The translations under genes and the position numbers were made by a program. DNA of 61,150 bases from a virus (Duplodnaviria > Caudoviricetes): positions 1 to 61,150 of the IMG/VR virus record IMGVR_UViG_3300031704_000002; one strand, given 5' to 3'. Position 1 is the stretch's first letter. Each line of letters starts with the position of its first letter. This document shows, one piece after another, positions 7,608-17,651 of the stretch. Below the pieces are notes generated by a model, which was not told the origin of the DNA, made no database searches, and was given only the letters and a program-made list of their open reading frames with translations.

Positions 7608-10600
7608 TTGAACCTCACAAATATAGAAGAAATACAGTCAAGAAGTTCAATATCACCAGATTCTCCCATCCAGTATACAAATACAGAAAAGAGCGCTTCT
7701 GCAGGATTTCCATTAAAAGATCTAATGTTTTCAAGATCTTTAAGAACGCTTACAACAGTAACGTAGTCGGTTTCTTGTTCTATTGGTGATAGAAGACGTT
7801 GTTTCATAACATGGTAGCCAGTACCACGGACTTTACCATCACCTTGGTATATATCAACAGTTCCTGTTCCTGTTCCTGCAGTAGTAGCAGAGAATAAATC
7901 TCCGGGGTTGTATAAAAGACCTGCTGTACCGGCCATGTTATTCCAGGTGCCTTGAGAGGTAGACCCTAATGATTTTATTATGTAAGTGACCCCAGATATA
8001 ACCGAAGTAACAGGTATGTCAATAATGTTTGTTGTGCTAATAGTACTCCCAACAGATTTAGTCTGTCCTACGGTACCATCCAAAGCATTCCAGTTTGCTT
8101 GCCCCGCACTACCAAGGTCGAGGATTGTGTAAGAGGAAAGGCTATTCATAAATCCACAGCTAACATCCATTAACACATAAGGACTACCCGCTTCAATTTT
8201 ATAACCCCAAGCATCATTATCTGCGACTAAATTAGAGTAAACATGCTCGAAGTTAACAGCAATCTGAACATCAGCATTATAAGCAGGGGGTATATCTAAG
8301 GTAGCCCCGCCCACTAGTTGTAAGAAGTTAATCCCCTGCATAGGTAGGTTTCCCCTATATAAATTATCTTCTAGCTGAGTGATATTACCACCCTTAACTA
8401 TAAGTTTACCACTACCGTCCGAGGATAAGCTTCCATCTCCAATACTGATTTTATCAGCAGTTAAAGTATCGCTTACAAGCAGATTACCATCAATGACTTC
8501 ATCTTGCTTAACCCAAGTAGATCCGGTATAGATCCATACAGATTGACTAGTTGGACTAGCCTGTGCACCTGTATAGAACCAAGCTTGATCACTTGAGATT
8601 GGTGGTGTAGGTGTATTGAGATCAGAGTTCCATCTCGTCTGGGCTGTATAAGCACTAGTAGGAAGAGAGGTAACAGGTATGTTCCATCTCCCCGGACCTC
8701 TAGCACCTACGGGTCCATCTTCACCGTCACTACCACTCATACCAACGACACTTGCCGCAGAGAACTCAGCGGTATTAATGATGTCGGTACTTTCACGACT
8801 AGCCGCCGTAGCTTGAATAGCAAAGAGATACTCTCCCGCATTAAGAGACGGAGCAGTCTGTGCCCAGTTTCCTAGGATACCTGTTAAGACGCCTGTATTA
8901 AAGTTGTAGGTCAAGTCACCAGTAGGATCCGCTGGTGGTGTAGTAGTTGTATTCTTAGCGTAGAGAGTAACAAACGCTGTATTGATACCGTCTTGGCCAG
9001 CCGAAGACTCAACAACCGGATTAGAAAACTCTGTTCCAGCTAGGGAGTTTGTCGCCGTAGTAGCTGAAGCAGTAGCTCTAGTTACCCATAGCTCTTCGTT
9101 TGGATTCAAGCTAGGGGGTAGCTTAGACCACCCGTTGAGGTTACCACCAGTAAGATCTGCTGTGCTAAAGGTATAATTAAATGTACCAGTAGGTTTAGGT
9201 GGTGGGGTAGAACCAGAGGCTAGTTTCTGGAATAACAGAACAATTGCTGAGTTAAGACCATTTTCACCGTCACTACCACCAATACCGCTAGAAACGATAA
9301 CAAACGGAAGAGATATTAGAGCAATAGACGTACCATCATTAAACTGAAAAGTAACAGTTGCAAGTTCATCATTAACACTAACACTAGGTGTAATAAACCC
9401 AACGTTTACTTCATCTGGTATATCCGCTGATCTGTCTGTAACAGGGGCAGACCAAGTATTACCAGAGCGCGACAGTCGGTAACGGTTTCTTGCTACAGTA
9501 AGACCTGCTTTAATAAAGATTACATCAATATCAAGGAATGTATCACTGTAAGTTCCTGCATTAGGATTGTATATGATCTGGCCTTGTGTGACATACACCG
9601 CATTTGATGTGATACCTGAGGTCACAGGTGCTTGGCTAGTAACCTGTATGTTGTCTGAGTAGGCACTAGAATTACCTTGAGTATCAACTGCACAAACCCT
9701 GTAGTTATACAGTGTATTTGGTAGCCTGTTAGAGTCAGTAAACTTAGAACCAACCTCTGTACCAACTAGGGTTGTTGGGTTAGCAAACACAGACCGATAA
9801 ATCTGGTACTCTTTGAAGTCTAGCAGAGGTGAGTTATCAATGTTTTGTGTAACTTCGTCCCAAGTTAGATCAATTACGGTACCCTCGGCAGTAGCCACTA
9901 GGTTTTGTGGAGGTTTAGGGAAAGTACTATCAACACCAGAAGTGAAGGCGATATGTGTAGGCTCAGACTCTAAGCCAGAGGTAAGAATAGTTTTCACTAT
10001 TGCATGGTAATCCTTACCCCCATCGAGGGAGGGTATCCTAACAGAGTTTGATACACTCGTAGCTGTTTGCCGTAATACATCATCTACCTTCTTATACTCA
10101 ATAAGGTAAGAAGCATCATTGTATACAGTATCCCAAGTTAGATCAACGTAAGAGTTAGATACTGCGCCTTTAAAAAATTCTACCCCTGTAGAGGCTTGCA
10201 AATTTGTTGGCTTACTAATAGTAAAGTCAAACACAGGTTGAGAAGTATAAGGAATATCATCTGGCACATTCCAAGCAAACATGTTAGCTGTTACAAGTGT
10301 TGCTTTGACTTTAACAGAAAAATCCACCCTGATTTCAACTTCTTCTGCTTTCCAAATACCATTTGGGGCGTTCGTAAGTTCAGAGTCAATTCTGAAGAAA
10401 TCACCGGGTTCAATCCTAAGACCTTTTCTGCCTAAAGTGATCTCAAGGTTATTTGAGTCACGAGAGATCCTTACTGTTTGCTCAGCTTCAGCCATAGCGT
10501 GGTAAGGTGTCGTAGCATCAGAAGTAATTGTACTCTCATAGACCTTATTGTTGTCTTCAGCTAGGTAAGTGTTATGAACAGTACTTCCTCGCTCGGGCCA

Positions 10601-12070
10601 AGAAATGGAATCCGAAGCAAAGTTCTCAAACTCGTTATTGAAATCAACCGTTACTCGGTTAAACCTTTGAGCGGCTTGACCAAATTCTTCTTGAATGCTT
10701 CCAACACGAAGAATATCATCATCACCAAAGGTGTTGTCTGCATTGATAAGTGCTTCTAGTTCTGCGTCAGTATCAGGATAATTCATAACAAGACGGTATT
10801 TACCATCGTTGGTCCAAACCAAATCTGCAAAAGGAATACCGCTTAAGATAGATTCAATATTATCCCTAACACTTTGGCTGGGATCAATTGTTAAGTTACC
10901 TTCAAACCTATACACATCTTTTCGAGGAGCAGAGATTTCAACGTATTGGCCGATCTCTTCTACGGGCTGACTTAAGAGAGCATAATACTGAGTGGAGGTC
11001 AGCCCGTACTGATCCCAGATCCCCCAGGACTGCTCCTGGCCCCTGGGGGGCTGATAGTCATCAATCGGATTCAGCGACCCAATCGGATCATAGATTTCTG
11101 ATACGAATTTATAGAACTTACCCGTATCAACGGCCTTGTAGATGGTAGACCCTGATGGGTGTCCAAAGTAGTCTTGATCTTTAAGAGACTGTTTAGTAGG
11201 GAAGCCAGAGAGTGTACCGTACTCACGGAGAGGGCCTAGACCATTAACACCACCACCAAACTGTTGGTCAGACATAGCAACCACACCAGCAATACCTGCT
11301 GCTCTACCAAAGGAGTCAATTTCAATTTGGCTATCAAGCAGACCTGCACCGTAGGGTGCGGTCAGATAATCAAACAGAACTTCTACGCGATTGTTAGAGT
11401 ACTCCTTGTATCCGGATATACCATATGATCCCCCTCCAAGGTCGTCAAATGTGCGAATGTGGTTACCTTTAACAAGGAACTGTAGTCGTGGTATGCCACT
11501 GTACTGAGGCTCTTTACGGTTTAGTTTGAATATGTTAGTAGAGTAAGCACAATTAGTGAATTTGTTTGTTGCCGGTTGACCGTTAGCAGTATCAAGAGGT
11601 TCTGCTGTACCACCACTGTAGTGTACGTAGAAGTTATGAGTAAACTTCTTTTTCTGATATTTATAGGTAGTTGAGTTAACAAGAATGTCTTCAACACTCT
11701 CAATTCTTGTACCTTGGGTGTTACACAGAGCAGTGTTAAACATTAGGTAAGAGTTCTTACCAGCGTTGTGGGTACCACCTTCAAAACTAAAGTCTTCCGG
11801 TTGTTTAAAGGCATTACTTGCAGCAGTAACAGCGGGTGTGATTGAGCTACGCACTCTATGGTTAAGCTCAGTACCACCAATAATCTGTTTTCCGTAAATA
11901 ATAGGAAGAGGTCCGACCTCACCCCTTACTGGAATAAAGAAGCCTCGTCTCTTATCAGCCTCCGCCTCAGCCTTTCTTCTTGCCCTGTCTTGTTTTTTCT
12001 TTTGGTTCCTGGCTGAAATAACTTGAAATGCCGCTGAAACGGCAAATAGGACTAAAGACTCAATACCCAT
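7604..12070 (-). CDS. Tail tip / central fibre (gpJ-like) with fibronectin III domains
   Basis: 1488 aa; PLPIIYGK, GIPRLQFLVKG, DYLTAPYGAGL, PKPPQNLVA..YNYRVCAVDTQGNSS FN3 motifs. Confidence 0.85.
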   Translation of the reverse strand: MGIESLVLFAVSAAFQVISARNQKKKQDRARRKAEAEADKRRGFFIPVRGEVGPLPIIYGKQIIGGTELNHRVRSSITPAVTAASNAFKQPEDFSFEGGTHNAGKNSYLMFNTALCNTQGTRIESVEDILVNSTTYKYQKKKFTHNFYVHYSGGTAEPLDTANGQPATNKFTNCAYSTNIFKLNRKEPQYSGIPRLQFLVKGNHIRTFDDLGGGSYGISGYKEYSNNRVEVLFDYLTAPYGAGLLDSQIEIDSFGRAAGIAGVVAMSDQQFGGGVNGLGPLREYGTLSGFPTKQSLKDQDYFGHPSGSTIYKAVDTGKFYKFVSEIYDPIGSLNPIDDYQPPRGQEQSWGIWDQYGLTSTQYYALLSQPVEEIGQYVEISAPRKDVYRFEGNLTIDPSQSVRDNIESILSGIPFADLVWTNDGKYRLVMNYPDTDAELEALINADNTFGDDDILRVGSIQEEFGQAAQRFNRVTVDFNNEFENFASDSISWPERGSTVHNTYLAEDNNKVYESTITSDATTPYHAMAEAEQTVRISRDSNNLEITLGRKGLRIEPGDFFRIDSELTNAPNGIWKAEEVEIRVDFSVKVKATLVTANMFAWNVPDDIPYTSQPVFDFTISKPTNLQASTGVEFFKGAVSNSYVDLTWDTVYNDASYLIEYKKVDDVLRQTATSVSNSVRIPSLDGGKDYHAIVKTILTSGLESEPTHIAFTSGVDSTFPKPPQNLVATAEGTVIDLTWDEVTQNIDNSPLLDFKEYQIYRSVFANPTTLVGTEVGSKFTDSNRLPNTLYNYRVCAVDTQGNSSAYSDNIQVTSQAPVTSGITSNAVYVTQGQIIYNPNAGTYSDTFLDIDVIFIKAGLTVARNRYRLSRSGNTWSAPVTDRSADIPDEVNVGFITPSVSVNDELATVTFQFNDGTSIALISLPFVIVSSGIGGSDGENGLNSAIVLLFQKLASGSTPPPKPTGTFNYTFSTADLTGGNLNGWSKLPPSLNPNEELWVTRATASATTATNSLAGTEFSNPVVESSAGQDGINTAFVTLYAKNTTTTPPADPTGDLTYNFNTGVLTGILGNWAQTAPSLNAGEYLFAIQATAASRESTDIINTAEFSAASVVGMSGSDGEDGPVGARGPGRWNIPVTSLPTSAYTAQTRWNSDLNTPTPPISSDQAWFYTGAQASPTSQSVWIYTGSTWVKQDEVIDGNLLVSDTLTADKISIGDGSLSSDGSGKLIVKGGNITQLEDNLYRGNLPMQGINFLQLVGGATLDIPPAYNADVQIAVNFEHVYSNLVADNDAWGYKIEAGSPYVLMDVSCGFMNSLSSYTILDLGSAGQANWNALDGTVGQTKSVGSTISTTNIIDIPVTSVISGVTYIIKSLGSTSQGTWNNMAGTAGLLYNPGDLFSATTAGTGTGTVDIYQGDGKVRGTGYHVMKQRLLSPIEQETDYVTVVSVLKDLENIRSFNGNPAEALFSVFVYWMGESGDIELLDCISSIFVRFK

Positions 12071-12633
12071 TAGATTTTCCCCCAGTTAAGTTCAATTTCA
12101 ACGTTGTCGTAGACTTTATCAAAAGAAGTATCAGTGTCTGAGTACTGATTCATACCATCCTTTGAAATCATCATAACGTTTACTGCATCAAATGCATCCA
12201 TGGGGGAACTTCCTTCTAGAGACACAATCATTTCTTCAAAGTCATTAGATATACGAGGACGATCAATTGTTCCGTTGTAGACATTAATAATGTCTGCGGG
12301 GTCAAGCATTGGTTTTCCATCAGCATCAAGAAAACCTACTTTAACGCTAATAGGCTTACCAATAACGTTATTACCTTTGATCTCACTTCTAAGCAATTCG
12401 TCGTTGTCAGAAAAAGTTACTGTGTAAGCCGCCCTATCAACAACAGAATTATTACGGTAAGAGGAAACACTAAGCACCCCCCCATCAGACACATAAACGC
12501 CACCATCAAATGTAATATCAGAAGGGAAAGAAGTAAAACGATAGGTATAGGTCAGGTCTAGCCTGATTAGATAAAATACTCGGATAGGGTCACGGTCTAG
12601 TGCCGCTTGTACATTTGGTGAAAACGTTCTCAT
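12070..12633 (-). CDS. Minor tail / baseplate hub protein
   Basis: 187 aa, ends ELNWGK; siphovirus tail tip operon position. Confidence 0.6.
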   Translation of the reverse strand: MRTFSPNVQAALDRDPIRVFYLIRLDLTYTYRFTSFPSDITFDGGVYVSDGGVLSVSSYRNNSVVDRAAYTVTFSDNDELLRSEIKGNNVIGKPISVKVGFLDADGKPMLDPADIINVYNGTIDRPRISNDFEEMIVSLEGSSPMDAFDAVNVMMISKDGMNQYSDTDTSFDKVYDNVEIELNWGKI

Positions 12634-12647
12634 GACTGCTCCTTAGA

Positions 12648-13232
12648 TTAGATTTCTTCAACCAGATTCACTGTACCAGCATTAGAAAGAATACCATCAG
12701 AGAATGTAATGCCTTTGATGTCATTAACATCACGACTATAAGTTAGAAGGCAATTAGACCCATGTTGTATTCCTGTAGATGAAGGCACGGACTGAATAAG
12801 GCCGGGGTGAATACGAGTAGAGCCAGAACCGTTCACGGTAGACTCTGTTAAATACACCTTTGAATGGTTTGAAAACTTGATGAATGATCCGGCAGGAATT
12901 AGTCCCGATCCGGAGATGTTAATAGTTGTTGTTCCTGCTGAGTAAGTAGCCGAAGCGTTCATAGAACCAGCCGCCCAAGCTTCATCTACCGAGGGAAGTT
13001 GAGGCATAATCATAGTATCAACTGACCCAATAGCATCCCTAAATACCGATCCCACAAGAGACAGAGAAGAGCTTTCAATTGTGATAAGCTGAAAAGATAG
13101 CTCCCAACGCTGTGCGTTTTGGATACTACGCTCTGTTTTAAGAGAGATAGTATCACTAGAGAACATAGGTTCATTTGATCTAAAGGTTATTGGGGCGGAA
13201 ATCCTGTTTCCATTGTAGAAATAAGCTGTCAT
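12648..13232 (-). CDS. Distal tail protein-like
   Basis: 194 aa; QRWELSF motif, ends VNLVEEI; tail operon position. Confidence 0.55.
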   Translation of the reverse strand: MTAYFYNGNRISAPITFRSNEPMFSSDTISLKTERSIQNAQRWELSFQLITIESSSLSLVGSVFRDAIGSVDTMIMPQLPSVDEAWAAGSMNASATYSAGTTTINISGSGLIPAGSFIKFSNHSKVYLTESTVNGSGSTRIHPGLIQSVPSSTGIQHGSNCLLTYSRDVNDIKGITFSDGILSNAGTVNLVEEI

Positions 13233-13678
13233 TGTTGTTGTCTCCCTATACCGACAATGGTCCTGTCTAAAAGAGGCAATACATCGCTTTGAACAACCAT
13301 ATCTCTTTCATTTATAAAGAATTCCGTATTAGAACCATAAACTAGCGAAGTATTAAGACCTGAGGCTGTTCTACGAGCAATCAAATCACCTTCTCTTACG
13401 TCCTCTAAGTTTTCTATTTTTTGTAGGCCCAACTGAACAATAAATCTATCCATAGCTGGTTGCAGGGATCTAGTCTTTGTTCCTTTCATCATCTCTAATA
13501 CAAAATGTTTGTTACTAAAAAAGGTTTGCCTTGTCCACTTGGGTTGTTGATAGCTATGGTCTACTAACTGTTTATAAACTAGGACTAACGCCCAACAATC
13601 GTTGTGGCCTATAATGATGTTCCCTGTTTTTTTTAACCGGGCTTTCATTTCTTCGATTGCCTCTAAAACTTCTTTCAT
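13229..13678 (-). CDS. NlpC/P60-like tail assembly protein (possibly degenerate)
   Basis: GHNDCWALV and EGDLI motifs. Confidence 0.5.
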   Translation of the reverse strand: MKEVLEAIEEMKARLKKTGNIIIGHNDCWALVLVYKQLVDHSYQQPKWTRQTFFSNKHFVLEMMKGTKTRSLQPAMDRFIVQLGLQKIENLEDVREGDLIARRTASGLNTSLVYGSNTEFFINERDMVVQSDVLPLLDRTIVGIGRQQQ

Positions 13679-13720
13679 ACTCTTCTCCTAGTAAGTGAGG
13701 GAGGACCCTAAGGTTTCCCC

Positions 13721-13742
13721 CTCTCTTTAACGTCACCTAATT
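13721..13742 (-). promoter_or_regulatory. Phage RNAP promoter, class A
   Basis: AATTAGGTGACGTTAAAGAGAG upstream of the tail tip operon. Confidence 0.75.
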
Positions 13743-14049
13743 ATGTGATAAAAAACAAACCCTTAGTTACTCCCTTTTTTTTTTTTTTTCACTTTGAAGC
13801 TTAAGACTTGCTCCAAGACTTGTGAGTAAGTCAATTGGGCTTCCTTTAAAGAGCCGCTAAATGGACGGCCCCGGACAGTGTGTCCTGATCTTGGTTTGTC
13901 GTGTTGTCAGGTGACTACGACGTTGTAATCGACGCCATCAGTGAACAGCGATGAAGCAGACCCAAATGTGTATACATCTATCCCGTCACTGGTTTCAGAA
14001 AACGTCAATTCTGTCCCGACGCCGCGCTGCGATTTGGGCGGCTACTGTT

Positions 14050-14313
14050 TCAGTCATCTGCCCGCCTTAACGTTTCAATTTCAGCAAGCAAGGCTTTCGC
14101 GTCGGACACGTCATTCAGAAACGACCGCTCGCAGTGGTCGGGGTTGCGCTGCCAGAAGAATATGGCGTCAATAAACCGCTCACCCCGGCGGCCCTGCCGG
14201 TGCATCCGGGCGCTAACGCTTTCGTTCGGCCCCGTCTCTGTCAAGTCAACCGCCGTCATAACGTTGCCAAGCTGCGACAGGGCCGAACCGATCATGGATA
14301 TGCGCTGCATCAT
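14050..14313 (-). CDS. Hypothetical phage protein (tail fibre-associated)
   Basis: 87 aa; PNESVSAR...IDAIFFWQ.DHC motif; coupled to the upstream gene. Confidence 0.6.
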   Translation of the reverse strand: MMQRISMIGSALSQLGNVMTAVDLTETGPNESVSARMHRQGRRGERFIDAIFFWQRNPDHCERSFLNDVSDAKALLAEIETLRRADD

Positions 14314-14714
14314 GGCCAGTACTTATCATTGGTGAAGTCTGCCGGAATCGGGTCCATGGCCTTGATTGCGTGGGCCGCAAAGATGTGCGCGCTCTCGTTC
14401 GCTGCCGCCGCATTGCCAAAGGCAAAGCACGTCTGAGCGTCCATCGTGGTCAAGCTGTTGTCGGCGGCAATCCACGTGAAGTCTGCATTGCCTCTATGCC
14501 ACCGCAGGTCGCCGACCTCTGCTCCACCACCTATGGCAAATCCGGCAAGGGTTGCCGCGCCCGTGATCCGCGCGAGGCTTGCAGTGTCGCAGTCATACCG
14601 TTTGCCAGCAAAGGCAAAAGTTGCGGTCATACGGCGGTCGCGTTCTGCGTTTACTGCGGCGCGGGCTTCGGCAAGCAGGGTGGCTGGGTCTGGTCTGCCA
14701 ATCTTGATAATCAT
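14310..14714 (-). CDS. DUF4376-like tail fibre-associated protein
   Basis: VNAERDRR..., FTWIAADNS motif. Confidence 0.7.
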   Translation of the reverse strand: MIIKIGRPDPATLLAEARAAVNAERDRRMTATFAFAGKRYDCDTASLARITGAATLAGFAIGGGAEVGDLRWHRGNADFTWIAADNSLTTMDAQTCFAFGNAAAANESAHIFAAHAIKAMDPIPADFTNDKYWP

Positions 14715-14929
14715 GCGCCCACTCCATCAGTCAAATCGGCTTCATCAACAGTCCATTCGTTACGCCATTGGCGGTCTGTTGGAATGTCAGCCACGTCTAC
14801 AATCTTGTACGCCTTTCCAGTCGGCACGTCTTTTGCGGCGATTTCCTCAATTGTCAGCCCGCAATCGGCAGGGATGATAACCGCCACGTTGCCTTCGTCG
14901 TTTTGGTAGATAATGCGTTTGTTTTGCAT
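14711..14929 (-). CDS. Conserved small tail fibre-associated protein
   Basis: KRIIYQ...IAAKDVPTG..YKIVD..DIPTDR.WRN.W. Confidence 0.7.
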   Translation of the reverse strand: MQNKRIIYQNDEGNVAVIIPADCGLTIEEIAAKDVPTGKAYKIVDVADIPTDRQWRNEWTVDEADLTDGVGA

Positions 14930-14940
14930 TGGGTCGCTCC

Positions 14941-16392
14941 TTACCTGAAAAACATAACTTCTACTGACGGGAAGTCTTCTACGTTAGCACCTGCATTGAC
15001 TGTCTTAATGCGACAAGCAGTAGTTGTTTTTGTTCCACCGTTCGTCCGACCAATTAACACGTCTTTAACTCCACCCGTATCCTCGCCAGAACCGGACATA
15101 GCGTAATTCGCATCCTGCATTGCTGTCGTAAAGTTTACAGTGTAATCACCCACGCCATTATCAGTAACGCTCGATACATTCCCGCCGCCGCGGATTGCCA
15201 CTGTTCCGGTGCCGTTGAAATTTACCCACGCGCGGCAGGCATGCATCGGGGCTGTGCCGCCAGGATCAAGCGTTGCGCCTTTTACGCTTAAACTTTTGGT
15301 AATTTGGACATCACCGCCTGACGTTATTCTCATACGTTCCGTCGGGAATTCTTCGATATCTGGTCTTGTTCCAAATGTTAAAGCCTGTTGATAACCCGAT
15401 ACGGATTCTTGGTCCCAGCCTATGTAGCATCCCGTTTCTTCAAATGAATTAGAAATTCCGAAACCAATATATCCTTTGCCAAGAGTGTCACCACTGCTAC
15501 CAGCACTGTTGATAAACTGAGCAACCATTGAATTGTTTACTTCTTCCACAACACGAAGTTTTTCAGGACTATTTGCAGAAGCCAGCCCTAAGTTAGCGCG
15601 CGCTGTCGTCGCGCTTCCCAGATCGCTTAAATTGTTGGATCGGTGGGCGTAGCGGTTGTCTGGCTGAACAGATGCCGTCCCAAGCGCCGTTCCCTGCCGG
15701 TAAGGTGTCCAGCCGCTTCCATCCTTTTTGGCGACGATAACCCATGCGCTATTTGCCTCATTGCGCACTTTCATGAGGTCGTTATTCGTATCGAACCAGA
15801 GCATGTGCGCAAATGTCGGGTTCGGCTCTGATGATCCGGCATTGTTCGTCGCAATCGCGCTCAGAGCGGTGTTTGTTGTGAAGCCGGAGTCGTTGGTCAG
15901 AAGCGAGATGTTCGATCCAGACACTAGCTTGCCGTCGAGCGCACCCTGCAGCCCCGTGACGGTCGAGATGGCCTGCGTGTGTGCTGCTGGGGCATAGTCG
16001 CTGCTGTCAAAAGACTTAACCTGAGCTAAGTTAGTTACCTCACTGTCCATAAGAGCACCAGCGGATGTCACATTAGCTGTGTCTGTAACGTCTGCGGAAG
16101 CCTCGATGTTGTCCAACTTAGTCTTGTCACCATCTACAAAAGCACCCTCAGTAGGTGGCTGTTGCGCTGTATCTGCAAGACTTCCTTGCGCTGCAGTGGC
16201 GAAGTCTTCTGTGCTAGCCGTTGCTGCAGAACCCGCGTCTGAAATACTAGAAAGGGGCTGTGTACCTGTATGTGTTCCCCTATCTCTTAGTTGAGCGTCT
16301 GTTGCGTTGGCGGTTGCGTTGGAAGCAACGCCTTGAGTCTTGCTGATCCCGGCGTCGATATCTTCACCGGTATGGATACTGTTATATGGCAT
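14941..16392 (-). CDS. Tail fibre protein
   Basis: 483 aa; NNLSDL..ARANLGL, ERMRITSGG, C-terminal RAWVNFNGTG..IR...NVSSVTDNGVGDYTVNF domain. Confidence 0.85.
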   Translation of the reverse strand: MPYNSIHTGEDIDAGISKTQGVASNATANATDAQLRDRGTHTGTQPLSSISDAGSAATASTEDFATAAQGSLADTAQQPPTEGAFVDGDKTKLDNIEASADVTDTANVTSAGALMDSEVTNLAQVKSFDSSDYAPAAHTQAISTVTGLQGALDGKLVSGSNISLLTNDSGFTTNTALSAIATNNAGSSEPNPTFAHMLWFDTNNDLMKVRNEANSAWVIVAKKDGSGWTPYRQGTALGTASVQPDNRYAHRSNNLSDLGSATTARANLGLASANSPEKLRVVEEVNNSMVAQFINSAGSSGDTLGKGYIGFGISNSFEETGCYIGWDQESVSGYQQALTFGTRPDIEEFPTERMRITSGGDVQITKSLSVKGATLDPGGTAPMHACRAWVNFNGTGTVAIRGGGNVSSVTDNGVGDYTVNFTTAMQDANYAMSGSGEDTGGVKDVLIGRTNGGTKTTTACRIKTVNAGANVEDFPSVEVMFFR

Positions 16393-16403
16393 TGTTGTGG
16401 CTC

Positions 16404-16919
16404 CTACTCTGCAGCGGTAATAAATTCTTCTCCGCCTGATGTGATCAGTTGATCCTCATACGTTGGCGGAGAGGGTATGTACCCGTAAATAATTTCCGGC
16501 TCTGCCCGCGCGACAGTCATCTGAACCCCACTCTTGCCGCTGAGCTGTTGAACGGGAGGTTCAGCGTCAAAGTCTCCGGTGTTGAAATCCCCGACACGAA
16601 TGCGAGTGACCGGAAAGCCCACGCTGAAGCCGTTAGGGGTCGGTCCGGAGGCCCGAACGATTTGCACTCGAAATGTCGCTGTGCTCGACCCGAGATCGCT
16701 CGTGCCTTCAAAGATCACCCGCACCTTACCGGCGACTCGATCTGTATATGAAATGATCTCTTTGCCGAGAATCTGCGCACTTGGGTCATAGATCCTGACC
16801 TCCCATTCTGTGAGATCGAAAGGAGCCCCTAAAGCATCTACGGTCTCCGGTGGTCCAAAGAAATTAAGGTCGACGGCCACGTCACCGCCAGCGTTGTGTA
16901 TAAGCGTAGTCATCGGCAA
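16404..16919 (-). CDS. Hypothetical virion protein (Ig/BppU-like adaptor?)
   Basis: 171 aa, beta-rich, PFDLTEW motif; next to the fibre gene. Confidence 0.45.
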   Translation of the reverse strand: MPMTTLIHNAGGDVAVDLNFFGPPETVDALGAPFDLTEWEVRIYDPSAQILGKEIISYTDRVAGKVRVIFEGTSDLGSSTATFRVQIVRASGPTPNGFSVGFPVTRIRVGDFNTGDFDAEPPVQQLSGKSGVQMTVARAEPEIIYGYIPSPPTYEDQLITSGGEEFITAAE

Positions 16920-17081
16920 TCCCCCTTCATTCTGTCGTCCGTATTAGCCATTATTTTACTCCTTTCATACAGGCCTCCACGGCAGAAGTGCAGGCCTCCA
17001 GACCAGCAGTTCAGATCCTTTTCTTGGTTATCATAAGGGTTAGCCATTTATATTCCTCAAATTTTCTAGGTGGGTTAGTCT

Positions 17082-17243
17082 TTAGTTAATAACCATTAGA
17101 TAGGCAACCAAAGTGCCAGCACCGCCGCAGGCGTTCAGCCAGTTCAAACTGCCGTAGGTTAGGGCCTCGGCAGGACCAGACCCAAAGGCCATTGCAAAGT
17201 GGTTGCCGTCGGCGCGCAGGGCGTCTGGGCAAGGGATTGTTAG
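17082..17243 (-). pseudogene. Degenerate partial paralog of 17244-17651
   Basis: LTIPCPDALRADGNHFAMAFGSGPAEALTYGSLNW vs LTIACPEALRDDANQLAMVLGYGPSDAETYVALNW, in frame just after the TGA. Confidence 0.75.
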
Positions 17244-17651
17244 TCATACATACGCCCCCACATCCACCTCAACCTCAACCTCAACCTCAACCTGCGTCAG
17301 CCCCATTGCGGCCAACGTTGCCAACGCATCGTCTCCGGCACAGGCGGTCAGTTTGTCAGGCGCTACCTCAACAGCCTCTAGCGAGAACACCAGCGCCGCT
17401 TGTGCGAGCCGTGCCGCATCCATGTCTATAATGTTGTCAGTGTCCCATGAGGGGCGCTGTAGGCCGCTCTGTGCTGTTGTGGTGAATGCGTCAGACACGA
17501 TCAAGCTTGCGCAGGCGTAAAGGTTGCCCCCCGCGTCCTGCCAGTTCAGCGCCACGTAGGTTTCTGCATCAGACGGACCGTAGCCCAGCACCATGGCTAG
17601 TTGGTTTGCATCATCCCGCAGCGCCTCGGGGCAAGCGATTGTTAGTCTCAT
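17244..17651 (-). CDS. Hypothetical protein coupled to the adhesin gene
   Basis: MRLTIACP start overlaps the upstream stop (TGATG). Confidence 0.7.
   Translation of the reverse strand: MRLTIACPEALRDDANQLAMVLGYGPSDAETYVALNWQDAGGNLYACASLIVSDAFTTTAQSGLQRPSWDTDNIIDMDAARLAQAALVFSLEAVEVAPDKLTACAGDDALATLAAMGLTQVEVEVEVEVDVGAYV

Noticed and set aside
13850-14050. IS end remnant at the edge of the GC-rich fibre block
   Set aside because: No transposase or partner end found; resemblance too weak.
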